Shown: positions 25,520 to 39,041, counted from the first letter of the whole stretch. The stretch is 56,070 nucleotides of DNA, filler included, from Sphacelaria rigidula (GCA_964200075.2; 6 parts of 6 records of this genome joined end to end with filler, not necessarily neighbours in it); one strand, 5' to 3'. The notes: a model not told the origin generated them from the sequence alone. Numbers and translations: made by a program.

Positions 25520-25782
25520 ATCATGACCGGTTCCAATCAGCAAATCCACGATTTTTCAGGCCCGATTGCTGAAAGAAGCAGAGGGAGAAATGGAAGGAAA
25601 AAATGACCGCTGGTCAAATAGGTCTCCACGCAATTTTTTCGCCATTTCACGTGCCTGAGTTTGCGCCAATAGGACTGGAGCGCTGAGAACAGAGCCTGAG
25701 GAGTGACGCGTACCGTACGAATCAACAACACTGAAGTGAAGTGATTTCCAGACGAATCATCATTCGTTCGTCCGACCCTTGA
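25520..25782 (-). mobile_element. Repeat family M, inverted copy
   Basis: AAGTGATTTCCAGACGAATCATC...GTCCGACCCTT is the reverse complement of 22608-22643. Confidence 0.7.
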
Positions 25783-26033
25783 TATCTTTTCCCTTGAGGC
25801 ATCCCATCATACCGGAAGGCTGTGTGCATACATGTCTAACAATAGTGTACAGTACTGTATCGGCTGTTGCGTCTGTTGCAGTAAACAGGAGATTCCATAC
25901 TGTACGCGGTACACCTTGTGTCACTGTCACGTAGTGTCCAGGGTGTGATGGTCATGTACTGAGTGGATTGTATGATCACCCCGTTTGCGTTGCGCCGTTG
26001 TGTGTTGCATCATTTCGTACGCACGGAATCCAG

Positions 26034-26178
26034 GTGGCATCGCATGCAGGGACATGCTACGCTCTACGTGCCGGGAACCGACCACGCGGGCATCGCAACG
26101 CAGTCCGTTGTCGAGAAGCGCTTGAAGAAGGACGAGAATCTGTGCAGACACGATCTCGGCCGAGATGAATTCGTCAAG
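26034..26178 (+). CDS. VARS: Valyl-tRNA synthetase exon (gene continues beyond the fragment)
   Basis: cag|(R)[48 protein letters not shown]|gtgac; [11 protein letters not shown] motif. Confidence 0.97.
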
Positions 26179-27516
26179 GTGACGGGGAGGGAAGGGGAGA
26201 GGGAGAAAGATGAAGTGTCGCGAAATGTACTGCAGGCTTCTTGTGTTTCATGTTCTTGTCCTGTCTTGGTTTTATTTTCACTCCGGAGTATTCTCTCGTC
26301 ATCCCTTTCTGCCTGTCTTGTCTTGTCCTGTCCGGTGTCATATTTTGTCTAGATGCGCTCTTTTTCACTGAATGGGTGTCGAAAAATACGAAGGAAAGTC
26401 ACCTCTACGGTAGTTACCCCCATTCCATGAAATGGTTCATGTACGTGAAAGTGATTTGAATGGCCATACCGCGCATCGTGAACTCCAGGCTCGCGTGTTA
26501 GCTGCGTGTGTTGTGTGTGATGATGGTTTTCGTTTCATCAGACGAGATGATATTCCCCGTCTTTTTCTTTGCACTGAAAACCCAGCCCAATCCGAATCGT
26601 GCAACTTATGTTTTATTTTAGTGCTGTAGTTGGTGCTATTGTCCGCGCGTATCACGTATACTGCACTGACTGGAACAGTAGAACGACGATACCAGGTACC
26701 CTGGATGGCGTAGTACTTGTATGTTTTTCTCATGCCCGAGCGACTGAACCAGAGATGAAGACCCACACCACCGTTTTGGAGGGAAACGGGGCAGCATCCA
26801 AGGATTTTCTGCCCGTCAGTCTGATCAACGTCCTTCTCTTTTTTTTTTCCCGAAGTTGACGGAAGGCAGCTATTTTTACCTACCGAGGGTGGGGGAAGAA
26901 GTTGAGCACGACCTCGAATATCATGTGAAGAGCAGTTCAGTAAACGTGCTTGATGAAATGCATGATGCATTCATACAGGGGTACACCTGTAGGTGTATTT
27001 ATAGAATTGTAGCTGAAATACCTACAGACTGTGCATTATATGTTTTTCTCGTATTTTTCGTCCAGAGGCTGCTCTCGAAATCTCCGACCCAAGCGAATCG
27101 GGAAAGGGGGCTAGACTCCTCTCGGTGGGGTGATATAGGGTCCAAGACGCGGTGGCGATTTTCCCTGTTTGGGGATCAGAAACCCTGTCAAATATCCTAG
27201 AAGTGGAAAATACGAGACAAACAAAATACGAACCGGAAGGAACGGCCGAAGGTCCGATGAACACCCGTGAAAATGTGTGAACCGGAGACGAAAGAGTGGC
27301 GTCACCAAAAGACAGTTGCAAGGTTGTGTTTCTGTAGGGGTATGTATATTTATACAGGCTGAAACCATGAACCCTTTTGAGACCCAGTGACGAATGTTGT
27401 TTCGTGAATGGACACCGTTTTTATGTCATTTTCAAGTCAAAATGATGCCGATCCACAAGAATATATATCGTCAATTGAGTTCCCCAAAGGTTAACTAGTT
27501 TTTTTTTCCTCATACT

Positions 27517-27750
27517 TCGAATCCCTCCCCTTTCTCGGGATGAGTCCGTGGTCCCAAGGGGTCAACCCATCTCTCCCCCGGTACGTGCCTTTCTTTTTCA
27601 TGTCGCTGATTGGATAAGCACTCACGCACCGCGTCAACTCACGTCACACAAACCCAGTCGACTACTTCTGTTTACTCACGTTCTCACGCTTTCCACGGCG
27701 GAAATCATACATTACGAAGAAAAAACCCAACCCATCGGAAAACGAATGGT
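27517..27750 (-). mobile_element. tRNA-derived SINE family C
   Basis: Homologous to 4865-5100, 9364-9440 and 12860-13050. Confidence 0.75.
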
Positions 27751-27987
27751 TTTTGCACATGCAATAGTGGAACAAGTAGTTTGGGGGGAAATACCCTTCC
27801 GGAGGATCCCGGAGTGTTCGGAGTCAGGGCCCGATACCCAGTCGGACCATGAAAGGAGTATTTTCTACACACTTGAGCATGGTTTGGTGCGCCAACCCCC
27901 CCCCCCCTGCCCCACACACACACACACACACACTCGGACAAGTGCTAGATGGTCGCCATGGGACAAATGGCCCCGAAACGCTCACGC

Positions 27988-28087
27988 NNNNNNNNNNNNN
28001 NNNNNNNNNNNNNNNNNNNNNNNNNNNNNNNTTAATTAATTAANNNNNNNNNNNNNNNNNNNNNNNNNNNNNNNNNNNNNNNNNNNN
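27988..28087. other. Artificial linker
   Basis: Same 100-bp N/TTAATTAATTAA/N structure. Confidence 0.98.
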
Positions 28088-28489
28088 AAAAGAAGGAAAA
28101 GAGGAGAGGGATGGAGAGGGGCTGGTGTTTGCAGTATTCAATACCACAAAAAAATGGGCTCCTAGGTGCTTCAGACGACTTAACACACTCGCGGCGCGCT
28201 TGTATCCGGGTGAAAGCGGTGTCAAGCGGTATGAATGGACGTTATTCATCGGAAGCAGGCGCGTTCGAACAACCGTTGCTGCTATCAACCACGATTGCAA
28301 GTAGAATTTCGTGGAAGAAAACGGCCCAAAATACCCCCCCCCCCACCCAGCCTCGACCAGCGAAAAACCGGCGGGCCCCGGCCCCACCCTCTAGGGAGGT
28401 GGAGTCCACGGTCGGGCGAACATGGCATGCATGATCACGAGTACACCCCCACCACCACCACCACCACCCCCTATCGTAGCATGACTCAA

Positions 28490-30262
28490 GACAGAGAGCT
28501 CAACTTTTGACTATATACGGGTTGTGTATGGACATAGTAAGGAAATGGGAGTGTATGTGTATACGACGAGGATGTGGGAACTCTTTATATCACTGCCTAA
28601 TATGGACAAAAAGCTAACAGACGAGAAGTATGAGAAATAGGCGGGGTAGGAAGTTGTACCAATGAAGAATTACTATCATAGGAATAGATGAAGAATAGCA
28701 AGAGTTCTATGAAGAGATGACCGAACATGCAGTTAATTTCTCGAGCGGTTGGGAAACGTAGGTACAGCTGAGACCGAGATAAAAAGGGATTGGGCAGGAG
28801 CGAAGATTAGAGAAGGATGGGAACGTTGGTCCAGACCACAGCAAGAAACGTCATGGGGAATAAACTAACCGTATGCAACAGAGCAGTCAAATGGTCGGGT
28901 TAGGAAGTAAAGGGGCTGTAATAAATGGAGAGAGGCCCACACGCAAGATATATATCAAGTAAACCTACGGTAGGGTGAACGTAATACGCTAAAGCTACAA
29001 CGGAGGTGAAAACGATGGTGCTGAAGAGAAAGATGGGAATGAAGGAAGATGTAGTCGCGAAAACACATGACGATTTCAATATCGGGATGGCGCAAATGTG
29101 GGTAGGGATATAAGGGATAATCGGGAAACTGGTGGGAAAAACAGACGAGGAGGTAGCTACCACAAGAACACAGAACAGTAAAGCGATTAGCGGTTCGAGA
29201 AGGGAAAAAGAAGTACTAGCAGAGCAACCCAGAAAAGTAGGAACACCAAAAACTAACGAGCGGTTCGATGCGGAATTCAAGAACCAACGCGTGGGCAGAG
29301 GCAGCTGTAAAAGGCATCCAAACGGGAAGATAGTGGCTCAACTGCAAAACAACGTTTAGAAAAAAGAAAGTAAAGGAGTGTGTAGCTAAACTCAACAACG
29401 GGAAGATAGCAGGGAGAGACGAAGCAGTGAACGAATTTCAAAAGTATGGGGGAGACGGAGTGGTTACCATTGTGGTTAGACTGTGTAATTGGATATGGGA
29501 AAAAGAGTACACACCGAAGAGATGGAGAGAAGGAGTAGTGGTAAATCTGTTCAAGGGAGAAGACAAGGCCGACCCGGGAATAATAAAGAAATAACGATAC
29601 TGAGCACCGCATGAAAGACATTCTACAAGACTGTAAGCGATAAGAGTGGGAACAATGCTGAAGAGGGAAGAAAAACCAGCGAGAGGCAGGCAGATTTTAG
29701 ACGGAAACGTAGTTGCCTAGACCGTATGAACACATTATGAGGTGAGAATATTCAAAATAGGAAAGACATCGGAGTGACGACATACTGTTTTTTTCGAGAC
29801 GCATAGAAGGTCTATGGCACAGAATGGAGAAATAGGCTATGCATAAAGGATGTGAAAAACTGAGATATACCAGTAGTCGAGTGGACGACGAAGTAGATGC
29901 ACATAATTGCCCTTGTGGTACAGCAATAGGGAGTAGAACTCACATAATGGCAGAATGTGAAGTATACGAGGAACGGCACGTGTTAGAGGGGGGAATGTAG
30001 GTAGTAAACGAAGGTGGTTTGAAATAGTTCGATACATGAGACAGTAGCGAATAAGCGACCACTATATTTGGAGAGAAATGGTGGCCACAAACGGTGGAAC
30101 AGAAGGAGGATGAGAAATGTAAAGGATTTATGTGTAGTGTATGGAAGAAACGTAATGAGCGCCGAAAAATCTGAAGGTGTCTCTATTGCGAGTAAAAAAT
30201 GGCTCTCCTTCTTGAAAGAGATGCGTGGTTATTGATCAAACGACTGAGGCAAGCGGCACAAG
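28490..30262 (+). mobile_element. Degenerate LINE with an internal deletion
   Basis: Broken ORF: WREGVVVNLFKGEDKADPGN, ERQADFRRKRSCLDR, then CPCG...SRTHIMAECEVY; ends in the family B tail (GAAAGAGATGCGTGGT...CGACTGAGGCAAGC). Confidence 0.88.
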
Positions 30263-31130
30263 CTCTGTCTTTTTTGTATGTTCAGCTGGAGGAAGGTGTG
30301 AACGATTCTAAATCGACCACGCAGAAGCAGTGCTGCACCTGGCCGCACTGCCGTTCCGTTAGAGGTCATGACCTCTTCCACCTCCACCGTCGTGGGTGGT
30401 ATGTTGCAAAATCGTTGTCATGCGCTTCGTCGTCTTCGGAAGTACTGTCGTGCTGTTAACACTCTACTGCTCTACTGTACCCCACCACAATATGCTGCAG
30501 TATTCTGCGTTGCACTGTACTGCACTGCACTGTATTGTACGGTACGGTATGGTACGGTAGGGTGCGGTACACTTACTATGTACTGTCTGTACTAGAGACT
30601 AGTCTGTAGTGCTGTGATGACTTGTACATTTTCGAGTCGGATGGTTGATGGTACATCTTGTGGGGCAACCTGCGGCCGATCCCTGCAAACAATGAAAAAA
30701 CGTCGAGCCACTTCACACCCGCTTTTCCATTCTGAAGTTTTCACGTCCTAATCCCGACACAATTTTTTACTTCTTCCGAAGCTCTCCACTATGTGACTTC
30801 CTCATAATCCACGCGACATTCTTCTCTATATCGTTATTCCCTGCCACATTGATTCTGGCTCTTGATGCGCATCCCGACGCCGAATTTACTCTCGGACGAA
30901 CATTTTCGAGGTGAGAGTCTGTGGTTTTGTACACTACACAACGAACCCGTTGTACAATTACGCGCATGGTGAAAAAGACAATCTCGAGCGAAATAAGGCG
31001 TGCAGCGTGACATATAAGGGTACTGGTACACACTATGTTTCGTATCCTCGGACCTTGTGCGACACCCATCATGAACGAAATGGACACATGACGTACGCAC
31101 TGCCCAGGTTTGCCCCATACGCCACCCGAC

Positions 31131-31883
31131 CTTGTATACCGCAAACATGATGAAAGACCACAACGATTTCAATACACAGTATGTAACCTGTCCACTAGAG
31201 AGTATGCAGGTGTGCTCCACTTCAACCGCAGGAAGTGTCGGTGTTGCTGATGCAAAAGCAGTACCCTTGAAACGAACAGCACCTACTGCAAAAACACGTT
31301 TTTGGAGAAAACAGTCAAGAGAAAAACGGCACATACTCGCCCCCTCACCGCCGCAACTATGCTAAGCATCAGTACTGTAAATCCCTCTCAAAAGTTTGGA
31401 TGAAACCCGTTTTACGCCAAGGCAAGGGAGGGGGGGGGGGCGTACTCATTTGTTGCTTGCCTTAGTCATTTGACCATTGACCACGCATCCCTTTCGAGAC
31501 GGAGCACCCCAAGGGCAAGGGAGGGGGAACAAATCCCGTATGTGACCGACACCCCGCAACCGAGACGCGTCGGGCGGACCCGACGAGACCTTCAGTAGAT
31601 TTGGCGACAAAGACAAATTCCAAGATTTCAGAATCATAACATGATAGCGAAGCGTATAAAAAGTGACGAAGCAGTACTTTTCTGCAGCTGCATGGCATCG
31701 ATATTGGCCATTTGCTACAGATAACGAACGCGACAGCAGCATCAACAACAACAACAACAGCAGTAGCAATGAAGATAACAACAACAATAACGACAACAAC
31801 AAACGTCTCGAGGGAACCTGGAGGACCACCATGCATATAATTAGGCCCAGCATAATTTTTCCTTCGGTCAGCGCCACCGTAAT
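31131..31883 (-). pseudogene. Possible membrane-protein exons, weakly class C GPCR-like
   Basis: 31818-31883 ITVALTEGKIMLGLIICMVVLQ and ~31131-31300 ...EVEHTC...SLWSFIMFAVYK|gtcgg. Splice phases are not cleanly consistent. Confidence 0.25.
31435..31513 (-). mobile_element. Solo LINE 3' tail (family B) with a 14-bp TSD
   Basis: GGCAAGGGAGGGGG at 31421-31434 and 31514-31527 flanks the tail. Confidence 0.85.
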
Positions 31884-34047
31884 CTGGCACCGACCGCTTT
31901 TCTATTCTCTACACTTTTTTCTCAAAAGGAAGATCTGTTCGGGCAGAAAATCGAATGTCCCCACGAAGAATCGACATAACACCCGTTGTCGCGAATAAAC
32001 CGATTCCTTACGAATCCAGCCTATTCCCACCACAACGGTATACCCCATGAAGAAAGCAGCAGTTGCGAATAGAACCTCAAGAGAAGAAAAACGGGGGAAA
32101 AAACACATGAACCGACAAAAACAATGGAAGAAAATGAACATAACGCGGGAAAAAGATAAAAAAAAATACTAGATCCTGGAAAATAAGACAAAGCAATAGG
32201 AGAGGAGTGCTGTCAAAGAAAATAGAGAGGGTAATAACGGAAAATCGGAAGCAAAAAATAAAAATAAAAAACAGGGAAACGAAACAAAAGAACACGCCCA
32301 GGGACATAGCAGACCAGTCTTACGCCAAAAGAAGAAAATAAAATAAAAAATCGAAACAGAATCCGACATATTTCCGCCCCAATACGCACGCACACACCAC
32401 GCGATCCCAGATTCAGCTAGATGAGGTTGTTGTCTGTCGTCTACATGATATGTGGTAGAAGTTTCAGCACGTACACGCACTAATGGCGCTTGCACGACCG
32501 TGTCTCCTGAAATGAGCACATCTACAGGCGATACCAAGATAGGTACCGCGTAGAATGACATCATCCAGAGTGTGCGCAATGCGGATCAATGTGTTCGTTT
32601 GCCGGGGCAGGAGCTATACCCAGCAGGAAGTGAGCGTATCTGCGTGTCAACATATGCATCCACTGACGTCTCACGCAGTCTGGGCTGAGGGGACCGCGTT
32701 TTGAGGGCGTATCGATGGCATTGCCCGAAGTCCGTATTTTGCTTCGTGCGTCTAGCGCACCACGTAAAACGTGCCGCCGCTCTGGGAATATGCTATCTGT
32801 GTCGTGGTCTACCTCTGTGCCAAGTTTCAGGCTTGGTAGAACAGGCACGGCGGAGGAATCCAAAAGCAAAATAAGCCTTGATTTGTACTGAAAATACAGT
32901 ACTAAACCCTGTTGAACCTGTCCTGTCTACGGAAAAAAGTACTTAACATCACACCGTTCGAGACGAGAAGGCTGCATCTGCAATGTTACGGCTGGGGCTT
33001 CAGAGAACGTTTCGCCGACAAAACAAACACTTCGTGTGCCGAAGCCCTAGGTGTGTCGAAAAACATGTATAGATGATCTTGAAAACATATCCTGCATGTC
33101 ACGCGTCACATGCCCAGTCGCCAGATTCAGAACTCTCATCAAATTACACACGAGTAGTTCCGTCGAAGCCTCATATGAAACCAACGTAGGTGACGCTATA
33201 TCCAAAACCTTCACAAAATGTAGAAAACGATTGACTTACATGCCAAAATCATATCGGATCAGAACAATTAGGCTGATATACGATCTCCAATTCCTTCGTA
33301 CAGGAAAATGTCTCCACTTCAGATCATCTAAGATCAAATAACAGCAAATCCTTCTCCCACTTCACTGCAGCTCGTTTGGACCTTCTGCTTCCAAACGTTG
33401 GCCCCCTACTTCCCTCACATAGCGCCCATGTACATAATAACCACTCCCGAGCTGGCAGCTCCTGGGATCGGCTCTCACGTACTCTCTTCTGCCACCTACT
33501 GCATCTCTTCTTGCCCAGTGAAGTCCGCTATCAGAGCGGGAGGGTTCGCTTCGCGCTGGCGACACAAGAAGGGCCGGGAGGATGGCGGGAGGTCAGCGTT
33601 AGTGAAAGTGAATAAAACAAGACGGCAGTAATATCGAGAAAAGCCACATGAATTTATCGTACATTTTGCTTTGGAGGCATTGAGCGGACACAGCGCCCCT
33701 CCAGAGCAGGCATGCTGTCTCATGCCTACGCCTGCATTTCAGACTCAATAAACATGAAAAGCGCGGTCGCCCGTACCTAGTCACATGCCCTTGCTCAACA
33801 GCCTATCTCGTTTCCCTCGAACATCACAAATCCCCACTCTAGGAGTATTTCAAGTGCGTTTAGGGCATCGACTGAACCCCACCAAGAAGTTTGCACTCAA
33901 CCCACTTTCACGTTTCTAAGGATTCCATTTGAAAACAGGCAGGAGCTGTCTCTCCTTTCAATGGCAAGTAGCTCTTTCAATATGCATGGGTATACCAATC
34001 AGATGAAGTAAGACCGCTCCCGTAGTCCAGAGCGGGCGGCGGGAGAG

Positions 34048-37000
34048 AGGGTGTACATGTATGTTGCTTGTTTAAAGACATCCAATTGTTGACCGAACAC
34101 CCCTTTCGAGACGGAGCACCGTTCCCACTCTTATCAGAGACACCTCCAGTATCGAGTGCTCATCACGTTTCTTCCACACATCACACAAGAATCTTTGTAA
34201 TATTATCTTATTCCTTTCCTGTTTTGCCATCAGTGGCCATCATCCACCTCGTAGTAAAGCCATCGAAGGATTTGATGCCACCTTCGTTTACTCACCATAT
34301 TCCTTCCTCTAACATGTCACTTTCCGTTTTTATGTATTTCCACTTCTCCCACTTGATGATTTTTTTACTCTACATTACTTTGCCACAGGGCAGTTCTATG
34401 CATTTACTTCCTGCTCCGCCGGAGTACTGGTGTACGGTTTCGTTTTTGGCAGGTCCAGGTCCCTCGCCCGAACTCGCACTTTTAACTCTCTGCGAAGTCT
34501 ATCAGGCAGTGCAGATATGCTTCATCTCTATCCCTTCTTTCAGCCTCCCGTATGTCTTCAGGTGCCTTTTCTCATCCATTTTCCGCCTTATCGCTCGTTT
34601 TCCCCTAGGTTTATCGTATCTCTTCTTTTTGTCTTGTACCCCTCACATTCACCTATGGGCATTGTCTCGTCTTGGTTACCCCCTATGTCCTTCTATATTC
34701 CCTCGACTGCCCTATTCTACCTTATTTCAGCCTGCCCTTTCGTTACTTTTTTCCATACCGCCTCATCAACCATGGGTGGCCATCTCTTTCTTGGCATATT
34801 CCTTACGTCACGCTGTCGGCTCAATTTCCTCGGCTCTCCATCTGCTTCGAGTGGGCAAATTCCCAATTCCGCTCTTAATGCTGGAGTACTCGTTGTTTTC
34901 GATCATCCAAGTATTTCCTCAGCTGCAGCCATCTGCTCTGTTTCCAGCTGTTTCATCAACTCCGCGATCCCTTCCCATACCTCTGCAAATTCTAACTTCC
35001 GTACTTCATTAGTATACATACATTAGTGATGGTGAGTCTTGCAGGATCACATCCATTTTGCTTATCTGTGCCTTACCCCCTATTATCAATTCATCTATGT
35101 ATGCATCCCGAAACAGCTTTGAGATCTCAACGCTGAGGTATATATGCTGATCTACGATCGGCATTTCCTCTCGTTCCCATTTCCATTTGTATTCTACTAG
35201 ATTCTCCTTATCTTCGTTACATACAACTACCCCCCATTTGTTTTGTTTGCTGTCACTCTCCAATTCCTGGTGTATTCGGGCGTCTCCCCTATATTTTCCT
35301 GGTATTTATGATATTCCCACAAAATCACCCGCTCAGATATCGTATCTTCCGCCACGTTTACGCCTTGCTTTGCTGTTTCTATTCAACACGTCGTTAATAA
35401 GTACCTTGAAAGAGGGGGTGATGCTTGTGCAGGGTAAAATATCAACATATGATAACATGTTCATGACAGCAGGAACGGACTTTTTTTCGGAATGGGGTGA
35501 TGTACACGACGATGGTCAAATTGTCCGAAACGGCAGTCACCACCCCCCTGGAAGCATGTGATCGGTGATGCCTTTCGTGAGATACGGCGGAAATTGTACA
35601 AACCATTTCAAGTATTTTTCTTCAAGCACATTTTCCCTCGTAACTCTGTACTGACCACGTCGGTTTTATTTGTTTTTGCACCAAAGTTCCCGTCAGATCA
35701 CGGGCTTTCATGGGGCGGAGGGAGGAGGGGCTGTTTCGGACGATTGCACCGTATTGATGTTAATCACGAAAAACCTCCCATTCCAAAACAATTCCGCTCC
35801 TAAGCTCACGAGCATGGTATATTTTGATATTTCCCCATCTAGCAGCATCGCATTTTCTCGCACATTTTCCCTGCCTTTCATCTGATCTCAGTTTCCCACA
35901 TCTTTTTCCAAAGTCCATTTCTCCGTACTGTGTTATGGGCCTTTTGTACGTCTAGAAATAAATAGTGCGTTTTTAGCCTTGTATCTTTCTTATCTTGAAT
36001 AATCTTGCTCAATGTGTATCCATGATCTACTCAACTACGGTTTGGTCTCAATCCTGCTTGTCCCTCGCCGGATTTTCCTTCCTTCTTCAGGATCGTTTGC
36101 ACTCCATAGTGCCGAATCGTATATGGTGTTTTGCCTACGATGCTTGGTAGCGTTATCCCTCTAAGATTCCCTGGGTCAGATTTGACTCCCTTCTTGAAAA
36201 ATTTCACCACTACTCCTCTCCAACTGTTGAGTGTGTACTCGTTTTACCAGATCCAATTATTCGACATGGCCATCATGGTAACCATTTCCTCTCTCCCGTG
36301 CTTCACAAATTCATTTGATATTTCGTCTCCCTCCACTGCTCTTCAGTTTTGAGTTTAGCTACCAACTTCCTTACTTCCCCTTTTGTCACCTCTCTCAGCA
36401 ATTTTTTTCAGCCAATGTCTTCTCGTTTTCATGCCTCCACATTTGCCTCCGTCCACGCTCTGATCTTATTCTCGAATTGCGCGTCCAAACGTCCATGAGT
36501 GTTGGAATTCCGAGTTTTTGGTAGTGCTTTACTAGTACTTCTCCTTGCCCCCTCCGAATCCCAACCATTTTACTATTGTATGCTCTTAGTGTGGCTATTC
36601 TTTCGTCATTTTTTTCTTCCTTCTCTTAGATCGACCATTTCTTTCTGTACTTTGCTTTTGTTGACTTTTTTATGGTATGTTATTTCTTCATGTCCTTGTC
36701 TATTCTGCCGTTCTGTTCGACTTTTTCCTGTTCCCTCTTTTTCTCCAGCGCTGGAGTATTTCAGTTTTGTTTTTCCCGGGTGCGTCTATTATGTGATTTA
36801 AATCAATCTTGCCGTTCCTGCCTGTTCGTCCAGTCCCCGTTTTATCCCTACCCACATCTGCCTCATCCCGCCATCACAGTCTCCATTTCTTTGACATTTA
36901 CGTCTCTCCGCATTCTTTTCATCTTCACCTGTTTTCTAGTTCGAGCGTCCTCCTCCCGCCCTATCATACTTACACTTGATGTATGTCTTGGTAGTCCTTA

Positions 37001-37260
37001 CTCTTCTAGCCTCTTTCACTTCCTCGCTCCACCATTTTACTGCTCCGTGCATACGATCAACTTCATCAGACCCCCTTCTGTTCCGGTATTTGCTGTACCT
37101 ACGCATTCCAATAGCTCGGAAACGTTCGGTGCATTTTCGCGTTTCCCTCTTCGTTTTAGTTTCATGCATTCTCCATGCATGCAGTGCCCGCCTATATTGT
37201 GTTACTTTCATCTGTTGGCTGTCTACCCATTTTAAGCAGTGGTCCGTGGTTAGCACGTCC
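34048..37260 (-). mobile_element. Degenerate LINE (reverse-transcriptase ORF)
   Basis: Minus-strand remnants KWWSEEVKEARR, FKKGVKSDPGNLRGITL, GQAGLRPNRS, FLDVQKAHNTVRRNGLWKK, FKVLINDVL, DFVGIS; family B tail at 34050-34120; many stops. Confidence 0.9.
35452..35820. mobile_element. MITE inserted in the LINE RT region
   Basis: Interrupts the RT frame; imperfect TIRs ATAACATGTTCATGA / TCACGAGCATGGTAT. Confidence 0.5.
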
Positions 37261-37348
37261 GCTGCGCCTTGGACGGGGAGGAGGGGGGGGGGTGTGCTCA
37301 TGATCATGCATGCCATAGACATCAGACCATTGACCACGCACCCCTACA

Positions 37349-37448
37349 NNNNNNNNNNNNNNNNNNNNNNNNNNNNNNNNNNNNNNNNNNNNTTAATTAA
37401 TTAANNNNNNNNNNNNNNNNNNNNNNNNNNNNNNNNNNNNNNNNNNNN
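37349..37448. other. Artificial linker
   Basis: Same structure; cuts through a SINE family A copy. Confidence 0.98.
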
Positions 37449-38873
37449 CCCCCCCCGCTGGTGAGGGGGGCCCGCCGAAGACAAGCAAATTACGCCATTT
37501 GGCTTCAAAACTCTACGAAATCGCGATAAATTCTAGCCGCCTAGCGCCAGCAATTCCAGCACGTAATCAGTGCACAAATTTATATGGATATATTTGTATG
37601 GTTATATCACTCAACTTTGCGACGTAAATTTCAAAACAATTGAAAGACGAAGCGATGAAACAGTAGTGCAGCATACATAGCGTGACGCGTGTACCACCCA
37701 AGCGCCAGGAACTACTAGTAGCACGACAATTTGGTAACGTTTTTGAGTGTGACCTCATCAGCCAGGAAAATTTCACAGAAATCTCGACTCTCCTTCGTGC
37801 TCCCGTCTCACATTGACCAGCCACCACTGAACGCTTAATGCCAACAGAATAAAGCAAAGCCCACACAACAACGCTACGAAACGCAATCTTGCTTCATATT
37901 CCAGATTCGCTCAATCAACAACTGTCCGTGCCCAATCTGTATTTCTTGTGTGTACTAGAACATGTTGTCTGCGATATTCGTGTCTACGTCTATAGGTGTG
38001 TGCGCTGTGCGGTCATGTACTCGCCTCTGTAACAGCGTCCCCACGGTCAGTGTAGTACTTGAGTATGACATATGTCCACTGAACACTTTGGGGTATGACA
38101 CATATGGTGGATGAAATAACTGATTCAACTGGTTACAAAAACGATCAGTTAACCAGTTGTACCAGTTAACTGTAACTGGTCAGTGAACTGGCAGCCAGTT
38201 CACAATCCTATTCCCCTCAGTGCACTGATCCGGATCACGATCCGGATCATCTGGCCCGCCGTGTCCATGCTTGCTCCCTACAAGGCAGCGCCGGATGCCG
38301 AGCACGCCAGGCAGCGCAAAGGTCGCGCTTTGACTTTTCTGACTCCGCGGTCACGTATCTTGTGTTCCTTAACCGCATTGGAAAGACGAGCCTACGTCCG
38401 TTACCACGGGTTCGAGAGATGGCAATGATAATAAACCAAGGGATCCGGGTCTTCTTTGATGGAGTTGTTCCAGACGGATCATGATCTGTCCGACGTGTGC
38501 AAAGATTGGGCATGTACAGTACTACTGTCCCCGGGGAGGGATGGGTCAATCCCTCGAGGCTCAGGACTCTTCCCGGGGAACGGAAAGGGAAATTTGAAAA
38601 TATCACGCGGGAAAAGGAAGAAAAAAAAACGCCTGGGGCAGAACACCTCTTCACGTAGAATATGATATCTCCAAGATCAAACACCTGGAACAGGCATTGC
38701 TCATTCCATTTCGTCGCATGTGTAAAAACCACACAAGTACACACCATCACAAATATCGATGCCCCCCCCCCCCCCCCCACCCCTCCCCGCCCTCCTTCAC
38801 CCCGCGCGCGAGAGCAATCGAGGGAATACAAACACAAGAAACTCGTGTGCACGAAAAACAAATTGACGCTCAC

Positions 38874-39041
38874 CGTCTTGAAAATGGTATCTGTGCCGGC
38901 GATCTTAGACGCCACGCTCAAGTCCTTGGCCAGAAAGATACCGCATATGAGGGTGTTGGAGGCCGCGAAAACGCGCCATAGCACCGCCTTCGCCAGCGAC
39001 CGCTTGGCGCTGTCTCCCGTTTTCCCCTGTCCCCACTTCAC
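38874..39041 (-). CDS. DUF2061-like membrane protein, second repeat exon
   Basis: cag|VKWGQGKTGDSAKRSLAKAVLWRVFAASNTLICGIFLAKDLSVASKIAGTDTIFKT|gtgag; matches the DUF2061 pattern (D/E)SxxRSxxKAxxWR. Confidence 0.85.

Noticed and set aside
34068..35012. 314-aa hydrophobic ORF
   Set aside because: Antisense to the purine-rich degenerate LINE.
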